A stretch of DNA of 64,000 bases from the human T2T-CHM13v2.0 reference genome, Homo sapiens (GCF_009914755.1 NC_060925.1); one strand, 5' to 3'. Shown: positions 18,355 to 38,046, counted from the stretch's first letter. Numbers and translations: made by a program. Notes: generated by a model not told the origin, from the sequence alone.

Positions 18355-19685
18355 TCAACTGATTTTCAACATGGATGTCAAAATAATTCAATGAGAGAAA
18401 GAATATTCTTTTTAACAAATTGTTCTGGAACAAGCAGATATCCACATGCAAAAAGAATGAAGTTGGATCCCTGCCTCACACCAAAATTAACTAAAAATTG
18501 ATCAAAGACCTAAATATCAAGACCTAAAACTATAAAATTCTTACAAGAAAAAATAGGCTTAAATCTTTGTGACTTTAGATTAGGTAATGGTTTCTTAAAT
18601 ATGACACTGAAAATAACAAACAAGAAAAAAATAGATTAACTGCATCAAAATTAAAAACTTCTGTACTTCAAAGGACATCACCAAGAAAGTGAAGAGACAA
18701 CCTATAGGATGGGAGAACGTTTTTGTAAGTAGAAATGATAAAATATATTTTTGTAAATGTTTGTAAATGTATCTATAAATATATTTTTGTACTTGTATCT
18801 AAATACATAAAAGAATCCTTTCAATTCAATAAAAGACAAATGACCCAATTAAATATGGGGAAAGGATCTGAATATATATTTCTCCAAAAGACAAACAAGT
18901 GGCCAATAAGCACATGAAAAGATACTGAACATAATCAGCCAACAGAGAAATGCACATCAAAACCACAGTGAAATACCACTTCACACCCACTAGGATGACT
19001 ATAATAAAAAAGACAGATAATAACAAGTGTTGGTGAGGATGTAGAGAAATTGGAATACTCATAGACTGCTGGTGGGAATGTAAAATGATGCTGCTGCTTG
19101 GAAAACAGTCTAACCTCCTCAAAAGGTTAAATGCAGAGTTGCCCAGCAATTTCACTCTTACATATACCCAAGAAAAAAGAAGCATGTATCTACACAAAAA
19201 CTTGCACATGAATGTTCATAGTAGCTTTATTTATAATGGCCCAAAAATGGAAAACAACCCAAATATCTATCAACAGACGAATAGATAAATAAAATGAGGT
19301 ATATATCCATACAATAGATTATTCAGCAATAGAAAGGAATGAGGTACTGATATGTTACAACATGGACGAATCTGAAAACATTTTGCTGAGTGAAAGAAGC
19401 CTGTCATGAAAGGCCAAATATTATATAATCCCATTGTCCAGAATAGGCAAATCTATAGAGACGGAAAGTAAATCAATGGTTGGCTAGGGCTGGGGAGTAA
19501 AGTGGGAAATAGGGAGTGACTGCTAATGTATAAAGGATTTCTTTCAGGGTAATGAAAATATTCCAAAATTGGCTATCATGATGGTTGTACAACTCTGTGA
19601 AGATACTAAAAATCACTGAGTTATACAATGTGGGTGAACTGCATGGCATGTGAATTATATCTCAATAAAGCTGTTTTAAAATAAA
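18355..19685 (+). mobile_element. L1MB ORF2 3' part and 3'UTR
   Basis: Typical L1 text ending gaattatatctcaataaagctg. Confidence 0.85.
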
Positions 19686-21097
19686 TAAATATCAGGCTTC
19701 TGACATTACCAGATGGGGGTGGATTTGCTATAATCCATACTTTTTTTCAAAGTAGCTAAATAACCATCTTGTTTGAAAAGGATTTTATGTGACTTATAAA
19801 AGTAGCTACAGTTTGAACTATAACTTAGCAAAATTTATAATTCTTCTACTTACCCACTTAACACAAGAATTAACAGTGTAAACTTGTGCTATACAAAGCA
19901 CTGCACTATAGCTATGAAAAGTTACAAAGACAAGGTGTTCCCTGCACTCAAAAGAACAAATCCAGAGAGAATGACACATAGAAATACCTAACTATAATAC
20001 TCATCAGAATGGGGTAAAAAGCAAATTGTAACAGAAACCCAGCAAAAGGGAAACTTTAAGGTCAAACACTAAGCTTCTCAAATCTAGTCCTTAGTGATTT
20101 GAGTACATGACCAACAGGGCTCAAGAACCAATGTGCTTCATTGTATCAGCAGGTGGGTTACACTCTAATCACCTTCAAACGGTGTTATGGAGACTTTTCT
20201 ACATCCCTTCACTGGAGGAGCTCTATATTGAGATGAGTTGAGCTGACCAGACTGCATGAGGAAGCTGCTATTTATGGATAATGATAGTTCACAGACAGCT
20301 CTACCACCAACAAACATGTAATGACCATTTCACATCTATTACAGAGGGCTGCCTCCTTGTATCTTGCTGTTCTCAACTACAGAAATGTAAGAAGAATGAA
20401 ATTATTATAAAGGCAGTTGCTACATAAAGTTGCTAAAAGAACACAATCATAAGATCTGAACTGAATGCAATACTGGCCTATTTCTACATTCCTACTATCT
20501 ATAATCACTCCACACATACATAGGCAAATATGTATTGAACACCTCCCATGTTCCAGAAGCTGTGAACATAACAATGAACTAGATTAGATAGACACAATCT
20601 CCATACATATGGACTTTATAATCCAAAAGGATAAATTTCAAGATAATTCATTGTTCCTAAAATTGTGAGTACACTCAAATGTAGCTCTATCAAACTAAAC
20701 TGAATCTTCCATCTAAATGTTTTACCTTCTCTGAGAGTTGCTCCCCACCCTCCCATGTAGATTGTAGAATATACTGGGCAAATGTGAATAAAAATTTATC
20801 TCCTAATAACCTCCTAATTGCATGAAGATAAGCAGATTTATATCTATCTTCCAGGTTGTGATATTATAAATAAAGGTAAAATAATTCCAAATCATTAAGC
20901 TTTTAAGTAGTTCAAAAGGACTATCTTGAGGGAAAAACTGATTAGGATACATTAGTTATCTTTTCAACTCCTTGACAAAGTAGTTCTTGCATTAGGTGAG
21001 CACTGCAATGCTGAGTGATAAGTTAGGTGCACCTAAGCAAATACCTTCTGAAATGAGTATCCATAAAATATATAGCACTTTTATTTCCATTTAGTAG

Positions 21098-21298
<201 letters not shown>

Positions 21299-21389
21299 TA
21301 AAATATTAGCAATACAGAAAGATATTTTCAATTCCGTTTTAATTAATATGTAGCTATATGAAGAAACATAGAGACATATAGATGTTTTA

Positions 21390-22028
<639 letters not shown>

Positions 22029-22200
22029 TCATGTGGCCAGAAACAGAAGAGTTGGCTGACAATCTATAGAAAGAGCAGTTAAGTCCTTAGTTCTCCTCCC
22101 TACCTGCCCAAGCAACCAGGCAACTACCCATCCTCCACCCTAGATAAAGGCTGCCTGTCAACTCACCAGTCCAGAGAAACAATCAGAAAGGCTCTGGACT

Positions 22201-22578
22201 CTTCATCCATGTCCCTACAAAGGACATAAACCATCATTCTGAGCGAACTATCGCAAGGACAGAAAAACCAAACACTGCATGTTCTCACTCATAGGTGGGA
22301 ACTGAACAATGAGAATACTTGGACACAGGGTGGGGAACATCACACACCAGGGCCCGTCGTGTGTGGGGGAATGGTGGAGGGATAGCATTAGGAGATATAC
22401 CTAATGTAAATGACAAGTTGATGGGTGCAGCACACCAACATGGCACATGTATACATATGTAACAAAACTGCACGTTGTGCACATGTACTCTAGAACTTAA
22501 AGTATAATAATAAAAAAAAGAAAGATACAGCATGCTCAGTGCTGTGTTTTAGAATGTAAAAAAAAAAAGAAAGAAAAA
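22201..22578 (+). mobile_element. 5'-truncated L1PA with 5' inversion and 3' transduction
   Basis: TSD agaaaggctctggact(c) at 22185 and 22579. Inverted 27 nt at 22201-22227, L1 3'UTR at 22228-22523, non-L1 34 nt at 22524-22557, then a second A-rich tail. Confidence 0.92.
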
Positions 22579-23059
22579 AGAAAGGCTCTGGACTCAGGGA
22601 ACACCAAGCTCGCTGAGAATAGGGGTGAGCCCTATATTGAAAACGGCATAACTAAAGAAAAGTTTACCAAACAGGTAGATTCCCCTATCCCTTTCTGGTT
22701 ACCTAAACAATGAGCTGTCAAGCATATACCCCCAGTCAGGAGTTGGGAGATTTTTTCCACAGAAACTGACAGGACCCTAAAAAGCATCTAAAAATACAGA
22801 TATTCTAGGGTTACCCAATGAAAAACATATTCATCTTTTTTTTTTTTTTTTTTTTTTTTGGTAGACACAGGGTCTCACTATATTGCCAAGGGTGGTCTCG
22901 AATTCCTGGGCTCAAATGATCTTCCTGCCTTGGCCTCCCAAAGTGCTGGAGTACAGGTGTGAGCCACTGCACCTGGCAGGTATTCATCACCTTATCACTT
23001 CTCAGTGAAGGCCTCCAGTTAACAAGTTCCTGCCCACTCACATGGAGCTTCAAAATGGA

Positions 23060-23560
23060 TGAACATTGAAAATATTATGCTAAGTGAAATAAGCCAGTCA
23101 CAAAAAGACAAGTATTATGATTCTTCCTACATGAGGCTACTAAAGTGTCAAATCCGTAGAGACAGAAAGTAGAATGCTGTTGGCCAAGGGCTGAGGGAAG
23201 GATGGAATAGAAGTTAGTATTTAATGGGTATAGAGTTTCAACTGGGGAAAATGAAAAAGTTCTGGAGGTGGATGGTGGTGATGGTTGCACAACAGTATGA
23301 ATGTACTTAATGCCACAGAATTTAAACATTTTTAAATGGTTAAAAACAGCTGAGTGTAATGGCTCATGCCTCTGATCTCAACATTCTGGGAGGCCAAGAC
23401 AGGAGTATTGCTTGAGCCCAAGAGTTTGAGACCAGCCTGGGCAACAGAGCAAGATCCCATCTCTAAAATAAATAAATAAATATTTTAAAAGAAACAGATA
23501 AAATGGTTAAAATGATAAATTACATGTTACATATATTTACCACAACTTAAAATAAAAAAA
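23060..23560 (+). mobile_element. L1MB 3' fragment with FLAM insertion (23348-23480)
   Basis: atggatgaacattgaaaatattatgctaagtgaaataagccagtcaca. Confidence 0.8.
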
Positions 23561-23649
23561 AACAGACATTTGAGGAAAGCCATTACATTAAAGGTGACCA
23601 AAACAAGAAGAAACTTGGGAGTAACCAGAGAATTAAAGGGAAAAAAAAC

Positions 23650-24420
23650 TTCACAGACACACAAAGACAGCATAATATCTCAGATATATAAAAGGAAAGA
23701 CTGCATCTATGAAGGACAAACAAGATCTATATCAAAGTAACATTCAAAGAACAAGAGCCCTTATATATTAAAATTATGCTAGAAAAATTTTTAAGTTGTT
23801 CACAATCTGGCAGGTAAAGCTGAAATCTCCCAGGAAGTGGAACAAAGAGAGAAAGTAATGAAAAAATAGGAGAAAGATAAGAGAATCAGAGGATCAACTC
23901 AGAAGATCCAGCATCAAACTAATAGAAGTTCCAGAAAGCAGGAAGAGAAACATTAAAATAAATAAGAAAAAATTTTCAGAACTGAAGGACACACATTTCC
24001 TGAATGAAAATGCCCACAGAGTATGCCACACAATGAATGAAAAAGATCCATATCAAGCTACACCCCTGTGGAATTTCACAACACTGGGGGAAAAGAGAAG
24101 GTCCTAAAATCTATCACAAGGGGAAAAAAAAAAAAAAAGGTCACAAAGGACTAAAGAATGTCTTTGGGTTGCTCAACAACACTGGAGACTAGCAACACTG
24201 AAGATAAACCTTCCAAATCTGAGGGAAAATGATTTTTCAAGCTAGAATGATATATCCTGCCAAATTATCAATTACATATGATGGTAGAATAGATATTTTC
24301 AGATATACAAGATCTCAACCAACTTATCTCTCAGCATCCTTTCTTAGGAAGCTCCTGAATGATGTGCTCCACCAAAATGAAGAAATAAACTAGGAAACCA
24401 GGCGGTGTAAAATGCAGGAA
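23650..24420 (+). mobile_element. Ancient L1/HAL1 ORF1-like fragment
   Basis: gaggatcaactcagaagatccagcatcaaactaatagaagttccaga and ctagaatgatatatcctgccaaattatca resemble L1 ORF1. Confidence 0.6.
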
Positions 24421-24771
24421 AATGGATGCCAACACAAGAGAGAAGCAATGGCAATGCCCAGCATAATGCTGAATGCAGTACTAGGATGACAGCTGAAAAC
24501 AAGTTAGAATTCAAACAGGAGGATGAAGGGCAGTTTAGAGGGTATGTTTAAGAAAAGAATGGAAATGGTAAATTATTTGATGTTTAACCATACTGTGATG
24601 AATTTTATGGTTCTGTTATATGGCTCTGTCAGAACCATAAAATTCTGTCTTTAAATTTATATAAAGAAAGGAAATGAGGCCAGGTGTGGTGGCTCACGCC
24701 TGTAATCCCAGCACTTTGGGAGGCCAAGGTGGGCGGATCACGAGGTCAGGAGATCAAGACCATCCTGGCTA

Positions 24772-24996
<225 letters not shown>

Positions 24997-25593
24997 CTAA
25001 TGGCTTAGCTGTGAACACTGTACAGTAATAATAGTGTAAATATTGGAAGATAATTTAAGAAAGTTATAATTGTGATATAAATACACTGGAAAAATGCATA
25101 GAAGGAAAGAGTGTATGGCATAAGAGAAGTAAATCACTATCTTCCTTAGAAGGAATAAATAACATCAAAAAGTGAAAAATTATAAATAGCAGTATTACCG
25201 TATTACAAAAAATAGGGAGGTAAAACACCAGAAGAAAAGGCCGGAAGAGTTAAGTGTTGCCCCTAGGGGCTAGAAAGTGGCAGAAGAGAGGGTAGGACAG
25301 GCAACTGATGATTTTGTACTATAAACCTTGTAGTACTTTTTGACTTTTTAAACTATAAACCCATATTGTTTTAAGATAAAAATAAAAAGAAACCTAGAGT
25401 TTATTCTGATTCCACCACTTAAACTAGATTTGGTAAATTATCTCACCTCTCTGAACCTTAAGTTTCATGCTATGTTGAATTCAACTTGTACAGGCTAGTG
25501 AGAGCTGATTGTTGTATTTTCAGGAATTTTGCAAACTGCTGTTCTACGCAGTCTTTTTTATTTATTTATTTATTTATTTATTTATTTTTTTGA

Positions 25594-25752
<159 letters not shown>

Positions 25753-26177
25753 TAGTAGAGATGGGGGTTTCACCATACTGGCCAGGCTGGTCTCAAACTC
25801 CTGACCTCATGATCCACCTGCCTTGGCCTCCCAAAGTATTGGGATTACAGGCGTGAGCCACCATGCCCAGCCTCCACACAGTCATTATTAAATATTAAAC
25901 CATGTAAGTTCACAATTAAATTATATTAAAAATAAAGTTAAAAATACTCAAAACTCATTGCTTCATTAATACTGTATTTAACTATGCTTTTAAGAAACAT
26001 CTATTGTATTTATATAATGGAAATACTGTGTGCTACTGAGGATTTCTTTCAAATTCTGCATTTGGTATGTCAGTCACACTAGTAGACTGAAATCAGCCAC
26101 AGTGGGAGTATTTATACTTTGGAAATCAGCAAATACTACAAATCAGAGCTTGATTTATTGTGGTATTGATGATCTGC

Positions 26178-26825
<648 letters not shown>

Positions 26826-26949
26826 ATCTAGACTTAAGGAAATGGTAGAGAAAATATTAATTCATTGTAATAATCTCCACTCTTCTGAATTCTATGGCTG
26901 TAGCTTTAGTGCAACGAGCAAATTTGAGGGTATTCAAAACCAAACATAT

Positions 26950-27290
26950 ATAATCATCCCTCAGTATCCTCATAGGATTGCTTCCAGGACCCCTGCAGAT
27001 ACCAAAATCCAAGGATGTTCAAAGTCCATTTTATAAAATGACGTAATATTTGCATATAGCTTATGCACATCCTCCCATATACTTTAAGTCATCTCTAGAT
27101 TACTTGTATCTAATACAATGTAAAGGCTATGTAAATAATTGTTATACTATATTTTTATTTGTATTATTTTTGTTGTTGTATTGTTATTTTTATTGGTTTT
27201 TTTCACACACACCCTGAATATTTCTAATCCACAGTTGTTTGTTATTTCAATCCGAGAATGCAGAATCTGTGAATACAGCGGGCCCACCAT
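26950..27290. mobile_element. MER2 (TcMar-Tigger) MITE
   Basis: catccctcagtatcc...ttccaggaccc...gtcatctctagattactt...gaatacagcgggcc. Confidence 0.8.
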
Positions 27291-27533
27291 ATTTCCTCAC
27301 CTGTCCTATCCACCCTATCCTGATAAAGGGCACCACTATGCATTTGTCAAAACTCAAAGAACTGTACACCAAAGAGTATAAACTTTACTGTATGCAAATT
27401 TTGAAGTATTTTTTAATCAGCTGTATAACATCTTAAATGAAGGCGCCTTAGCCCAACTCCCTACAGATTCTGATTCCATTGATCCAGAATGAGACCTGGG
27501 CAACTATGTTTTTTTAAAAAAGGCAATTGGTAA

Positions 27534-27809
<276 letters not shown>

Positions 27810-28848
27810 TAGCCAGGCTGGTCTCCATCTCCTGAACTCGTGATCCGCCTGCCTCGGCCTCTCAAAGTGCTGGGATTACAGGAGTGAGCCACCGCGCTTG
27901 GCCCTCTCTCTACATCTTTACCACTTACTCCAATAATCCCAGTTCTTTCACCTCAATGAGACCTCCAATTTACAGCAATACTACCACTGTTCTTTCACCT
28001 CACTAAGACCTCTAATTCCTCAAACTTAGTACTTTCTTTCTATCCCATACTGGTCTTCATTCTCTCTCTCTCTCAACTAATACTATCATCTCTTTTGCTC
28101 TCTTATCCTCCCACTGTACCTGTCTGGCAAGACCCCGACTATAGCTCAATCCATTTTCATGCTTTTACTGCTCTCTCTCTCGGCTAATAAAGAGGGAAAA
28201 AGTTACATCATCTTCAATTGGTTTCACCAGTAATGGTCTCCAACCATAAGTGGACCCTCAAAACAATCCAAAAATCTTACCCTAAATTTACCTCTCTCCC
28301 ATTCTTCACTATAAGCTACTTCAAAATCATATTCTACCTCCCTGAACCAGCCCTAAGTAACATATGTAGAACCAAAAACGGCAAACATAAAAGTATTATT
28401 CTTGTGTTAGGAAAAAGTCCCCAGTACTTCCAGCTTAATTAGCTGGTACTGGTAGTTTAGTATCCTAGAGATCATAAACTAGTAGATCAGAATTTGACTT
28501 TAAGTTTCATTAGGAAGAAATAAAGACACTATTACTAATTCATGTTTCTGGTTTGCAGTTAACTCATTTAAGCTATATTTAGTTACTCATTTTGGTCAAT
28601 CTACTGAAAAGAAATACTGTAAGGGATTTGCAATGCCCCCTAATTTCTCCTTCTCTGTCAACTTCTCACATTTGCTTTCTAAAAAATTCTTAATATTTAC
28701 CTTCCAAATAGTAAATGCAATCTTCTACAAATATCTTTGACATGAAAATGCTCAGTTTAAGAAAAATGTTTCAGTCACATAAATCTTTGCTATATAGTAT
28801 TGAGGGCATTTAAATACTAAGAACATAAATTATTATGTTAAATGTTGT

Positions 28849-29323
<475 letters not shown>

Positions 29324-30305
29324 GTGTCGAAGATGAACGATGTTATCAAAGACACAAAACAAACCTAAAATATTCCATCAGATATTAAATTCTGACTATC
29401 TGTTAAAGAACCAAGAAACAAGAAAAAAATCCCAAAGATATCTATTTGTGATAACTAGATATTATAAAAGGTTCAAAATACAAAATAAAACAAAATAATG
29501 TGATAATATATACTTCCTAAAATTCACAAATCTATTTTATTTTAGAGGAACAAAAAATGAAGTGAATTAGAACTATCTTGGATGTTAGGATATAATCTTA
29601 GATGCAGAATAATGCTTAGGAAAAAAAGACTAATCAAGCTAACCAAGGGGAAAACATTTATTTTAATTAAATCTTCAGCTTTTTGAAAGCCTAAAAATAA
29701 AATTATGGAAACAGGAAAAGAGAAAAAAGACAAAAAACATTTCATCTTTCTAAAAGGGAAAAAACTGACAGCTTTTACCAAGTTCATTTTAAAAGACAAT
29801 GATTAAACAAAATATCCCCCCAGCATCAGTGAGCTGCCACATCCAAATCCAAACTTCACTGACTATTTGGCATCCAGCATTGAATTACACAACAACTTTG
29901 CTCATGCATGGACAAATGCTATTTTTCCCCAGTGGAATGATTTCTCTGTAGTGTGCTCATTAGTAACACTAACCCCTTCCTATACCCCAACAACCAACTG
30001 CTTTGTGAGCTAAATCCCAATCCCAAATCAGACACTGTTGGCAAAACTAATCTCTGAATGAAAATGGTACAACAGCCAATCACAACGTAGAATTTGGATC
30101 GTATGTTACTGACGTTGAGAGAGAAAACTGTGCCATTTCCAGCAGGTAGTTTTAGTTGAGTTTCTTGGCTCAGCAAAATTAAACGATGATTTTATCTTTG
30201 GAGACACATATGATATTTTCATAAAATTATACTACTATTTCTCTCTGAAAATACATTTTTTAAAAACTGTTTCACAATCAAAATAAACAATTACTTCAAC
30301 AACTA

Positions 30306-30920
30306 GAGTGTGGCGATTCCTCAAAGACCTAAAGGCAGAAATACTATTTGACCCAGTAATCTCACTACTGGGTATATACCAAAAAGAATATAAATCATCC
30401 TATTATTAAGATACATGCATGTGTATGTTCATTGCAGCACTATACACAATAGCAAAGGCACAAAATCAATCTAAATGCCCATCAATGATAGACTGGATAA
30501 AGAAAATGTGGTATATATACAGCATGGAATACTATGCAGCCATAAAAAGGAACAAGATAATGTCCTTTGCAGGGACATGGATGGAGTTGGAAGCCATTAT
30601 CCTCAGCAAACTAACTTTGAGAGGCCAAGGCAGGAGGATCGCAGGAACAGAAAACCAAACACTGCTTATCCTCACTTATAAGTGGGAACTAAATGATGAG
30701 AACACATGGACAACATGGCAGGGAACAACACACTCTGGGGCCTGTCGCGGGGTGGTAGGGGGAGAGAGAGCATCAGGAGGAATAGCTAATGGATGCTGGG
30801 CTTAATACCTAGGTGATGGGATGATCTGTGTAGCAAATCACCATGGCACATGTTTACCTATGTAACAAACGTGCACATCCTGCACATGTACCCCTGAACT
30901 TAAAAGTAGAAGGAAAAAAA
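30306..30920 (+). mobile_element. L1PA (older primate) ORF2 end and 3'UTR
   Basis: ORF 30419 begins MCMFIAALYTIAK...KKMWYIYSMEYYAAIK (L1 ORF2 C-terminus). Flanking aaacaatta is duplicated. Confidence 0.9.
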
Positions 30921-31919
30921 CAATTAGAAGGGAACAATTAATTAAAAGTTAAAGGTTGACACATTTAGGTTGATATATTAGATTGATACATTAATGTGAT
31001 TCTCCCTCTATATCTCTTTCCAAGTTGGAGACAGTTTCTTCAAGATTTCAATTCATTTTGATACCACCCACTCATATGATATAATTTGGGTAAATAGTTT
31101 CTTCAGTTAAAAGTTAATTGCTTTGAAGATTTCCCAAAATGCTGTTGATATTAATAATAAATTTCCTCCTGATAGCAATGAATTATATGTATATTTTTCA
31201 TTTTTTATGGAGACAGGGTCTCGCTGTGTTACCCAGGATGGTATTGAACTCCCAGACTCAAATGATCCTCCTGCCTTGGCCTCCTAAAGCGCTGGGATTA
31301 CAGGCGTGAGCCACCGTGCCCGACACAATGGATTAATTATATGTTCTAGGGCTTCTCCAGCTGGAGTATAGAATGAGTGGGCACGCATATACACTTACGT
31401 CATTCAAATAAATACTGTATTTGTTTCTTAGCATTGTTCACAAACACACAGATGAAATTAAACTTTTTTTTAAAAAACCTATCCTTTTCACACACTACTA
31501 ATCATTGGTGAGTAAAAACTACCAAAGTAAAATCTCCTGGCTCAGCCAGGTAACCTAGCAGTGTAACTTTGGACAATCTGGTCCATTTATCTGTAAAATG
31601 GTTGATTATATCACCATAGTCTCTCTCATCTCTAATTTTTATGGACTTTTATATTCAGCCATCTGAAAGACAGTATACTAGGCAGATTTCACTGGAATAC
31701 CAGAAATTTCGTAATATTCTGCTGGGTGCCACAAGTCATTCCTCACAGGTAAGCTAAATTAAATTAGAATCTAACAAAGTATTTCTGTGTGTTCTTAAAA
31801 AGAATAACTGGAACAAAAGAACAGCATTAATATATTTTTAGAAGGCAGTAATAAAACTGGCCAGGTGCAGTGGCTTACGTCTGTAATCCCAACACTTAGG
31901 GAGACGGGCAGGCCGATCA

Positions 31920-34410
<2,491 letters not shown>

Positions 34411-34779
34411 AAAAGTAGTCAAAGGTACTTTCAAAATTCTACCTAATTTAAAACAGAATTTTATCAGATCTTTTTAAGTTGTAATAAAACACAAAAATAC
34501 ATACACAAAGATCAATCAGAGAGAATTAGATGTTTCAATTCAGGACTTACTTCAACCTAGTACAATTTTTTATATGACAGAAAAACTACCTGGTTCTAAT
34601 CTCTGGCTGCTCCTTTTTAGATTCCTTGGAATGCAAGGTTGGTTTTCCCTCAGGCTTTTCTTCCTCCACCACTGCTTTTTACCCCTCCCAAATTCCCTTA
34701 TTTTTCCCCAGGGGTTCCATCTCCTAACATATTTTGTATCTTTATGAACTTTATACAGGAGGAATCTTTCCACAGCATT

Positions 34780-36100
34780 TCATTCTGCATTACATCTTTA
34801 GATTAATTTATGTTGATACAAGTAGGTATTTTTATTTTCTCACCGTTCTCTACCATTACATGAATATTCTATAATTTCTTCATTTTCTTAATGATGGACT
34901 TTTCAGCTGCTTGTAGTTTTCTGCTTTTACAAACAATGTTGCTATGAACTTAACGGTACTTGTCCCAGGTACAAACTCTTGTCCATCTTCTAGAGTTTCC
35001 CTAGGGTATACACTTTACTAGATATTGCTAAGTTGCTCTCTACAATGAGGTTCTAGTTGATACTCCACTGTCCACTTAAGTATAAGAGAGTTTTCCTTAT
35101 TCTACATCCTCACCAAAATGGTGAGTGTAAAATATTATTCCATTGAAGTTTTAATTTGCATTTCCATGGCTACTAAAGAAGTTGAACACCTTTTCATGTC
35201 TGCAGGACATTTGTATTTCATCTTCTATGAATTTCCAATCTACTGTCTTATTATTATTACTGGTTGGTAAAATATTCTTCATATATCCTGATTATTAATC
35301 CTTTTTAGTTATTTTTCCTGCAAATATTTTCTCCCAGATGGGTTATCTATCTCATGCTGAATTTCAATAACTGTACATTTTTTATTTTAATCTAGACATA
35401 TTTATCAATCTTTTTCTTTTACAGTTCAAATTTCAAGTCTTGTTGAAGAAATCCTTTCTACCTTCCCTGCCCTAGTATCATAAAAACATTCTCCCACTTT
35501 TTTCTAAAAGTTTAACTTTTCACATTAACATCTTTAATCATCACATACATTTTTTAATATGGTAAGTAGAAATCTCATTTTATTTTCCATATAAATAACC
35601 AATTGTTCCATTATCATTTACTGTTTAGTCAGTCCATCATCTCCTTACTCATCTTCAATGCTCACTGTCATGTATTAAGTTTCTTTATATTCGGGGGTTC
35701 TATTTCTGGGCTCTTTATTCTTCCCAGAGGTTGGTCTATCCTGTGCCAATACCACATTGCCTTAAATATTAATAATATGGCTTTATAAATAATGCTATGT
35801 GAAAGACTAAGTGCTCCTTCCTAATTTTTCTTGACAGTTTACTCTCCTACATACATTTTAGAGCTTGTCAAGTTATATGAAATACCCTGTCATTATATTA
35901 AACAGAAGTGTATTGAACTTATAAATTAATTTGGAAAGAACTGACATGTTTATGTCACTGGGTCTTCCTATCAGTTAATATGGTATCCCAATTACATCTC
36001 TTCTCATGTCTTTTAATGGAAATTGTATACTTTTCAACATAAAAAGTCATGTGCATCTTTTGCTGATTTTGTTCACTGGTACCTTTCAATTGTTGTCATT
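34780..36100 (-). mobile_element. Ancient L1ME-like fragment
   Basis: T-rich antisense L1 text (gttttaatttgcatttcc, caattgttccattatcattta). Confidence 0.65.
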
Positions 36101-36148
36101 GTAGCTGTTGCTGCTATAATGAGTATCTTTTTAAAAATATATTTTGTA

Positions 36149-36780
<632 letters not shown>

Positions 36781-38046
36781 ACCCAAATGTCCACCAACAG
36801 ATGACTGAATAAACAAAATGTGGTCTATATGTACAATGCGGTATTATTCAGCCATAAAAATGAGTAACGTTCTGATACATGCCGCAATATGGATGAACAC
36901 CAACATTATGCTAAATGAAATAAGAAGACACAAAAGGACAAATATTGTATGATTCAATTTACATGAAATATCTAGAATAGGCAAATTCATACAGGAAGTT
37001 GAACAGAATTTACCAGGAGCTGAAAGTGAAGGGAGAATGAGGGAGTTATTGCTTAATGGTTATAGAGTTTCTATATGGAAGATGAATACAGCTGCACAAC
37101 ACTGTAAATGTAATTAATGCCACTGAATTGTACACTTCAAACAGTTAAAATGAAAAATTTTGTCATTCGTATTTTATAACTTTAAAAAATTAACAATGTA
37201 ATGTATCAAAACATTGAATTGTATACTTTTTTTTTTTTTTTTTTTTTTTTTTGAGACGGAGTCTCGCTGTCGCCCAGGCTGGAGTGCAGTGGCGCAATCT
37301 CGGCTCACTGCAGGCTCCGCCCCCTGGGGTTCACGCCATTCTTCTGCCTCAGCCTCCCGAGTAGCTGGGACTACAGGCGCCCACCACCTCGCCCGGCTAA
37401 TTTTTTGTATTTTTAGTAGAGACGGGGTTTCACCGTGTTAGCCAGGATGGTCTCGATCTCCTGACCTCGTGATCCGCCCGCCTCGGCCTCCCAAAGTGCT
37501 GGGATTACAGGCGTGAGCCACAGCGCCCGGCCTGAATTGTATACTTAAAATTGGTGATTTGTATGGTATGTGAATTATATCTCAATAAAGCTTTTTAAAA
37601 ATTACATTTGTTATCTGCTACTTGTATAAAGGAATCCAACTGTATAGTGGTCTTGGATCCAACAACCTTATTTCATATATATCAGCAAATTATCTTTAGC
37701 TTTTTATACAGTATTTATCTTAGAATAACCCATTAAATACTTAAATGAGAATGAGAATGTTTCTTCTTTTTCTTGATTTAGGAAGAATTTATATGAAATT
37801 ATGATTGTCTATAAATGTTTGGTAGAACTCATTTATAAATCTATATGGGCCGGATTAAGATGGCTACTAAAAGAAAAAAGAAAGAAAAGAAGAGTGTTGG
37901 TAAGGAAGTGGAGTAACTGGAACCCTTGAGCACTGTTGGTGAGATTGTAAAATGGTGCAACTGCTATGGAAAACAGTATGGAGGTTCCTCAAAAAAATTT
38001 TTTAAAATACCATATGATCCAGCAATCCTTCTTATTCTGGGTATAT

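Noticed and set aside
18826-19209. 127-aa hydrophobic ORF
   Set aside because: It is an antisense L1 translation.
30419-30805. 128-aa ORF
   Set aside because: It is a truncated L1 ORF2 C-terminus running into the L1 3'UTR.
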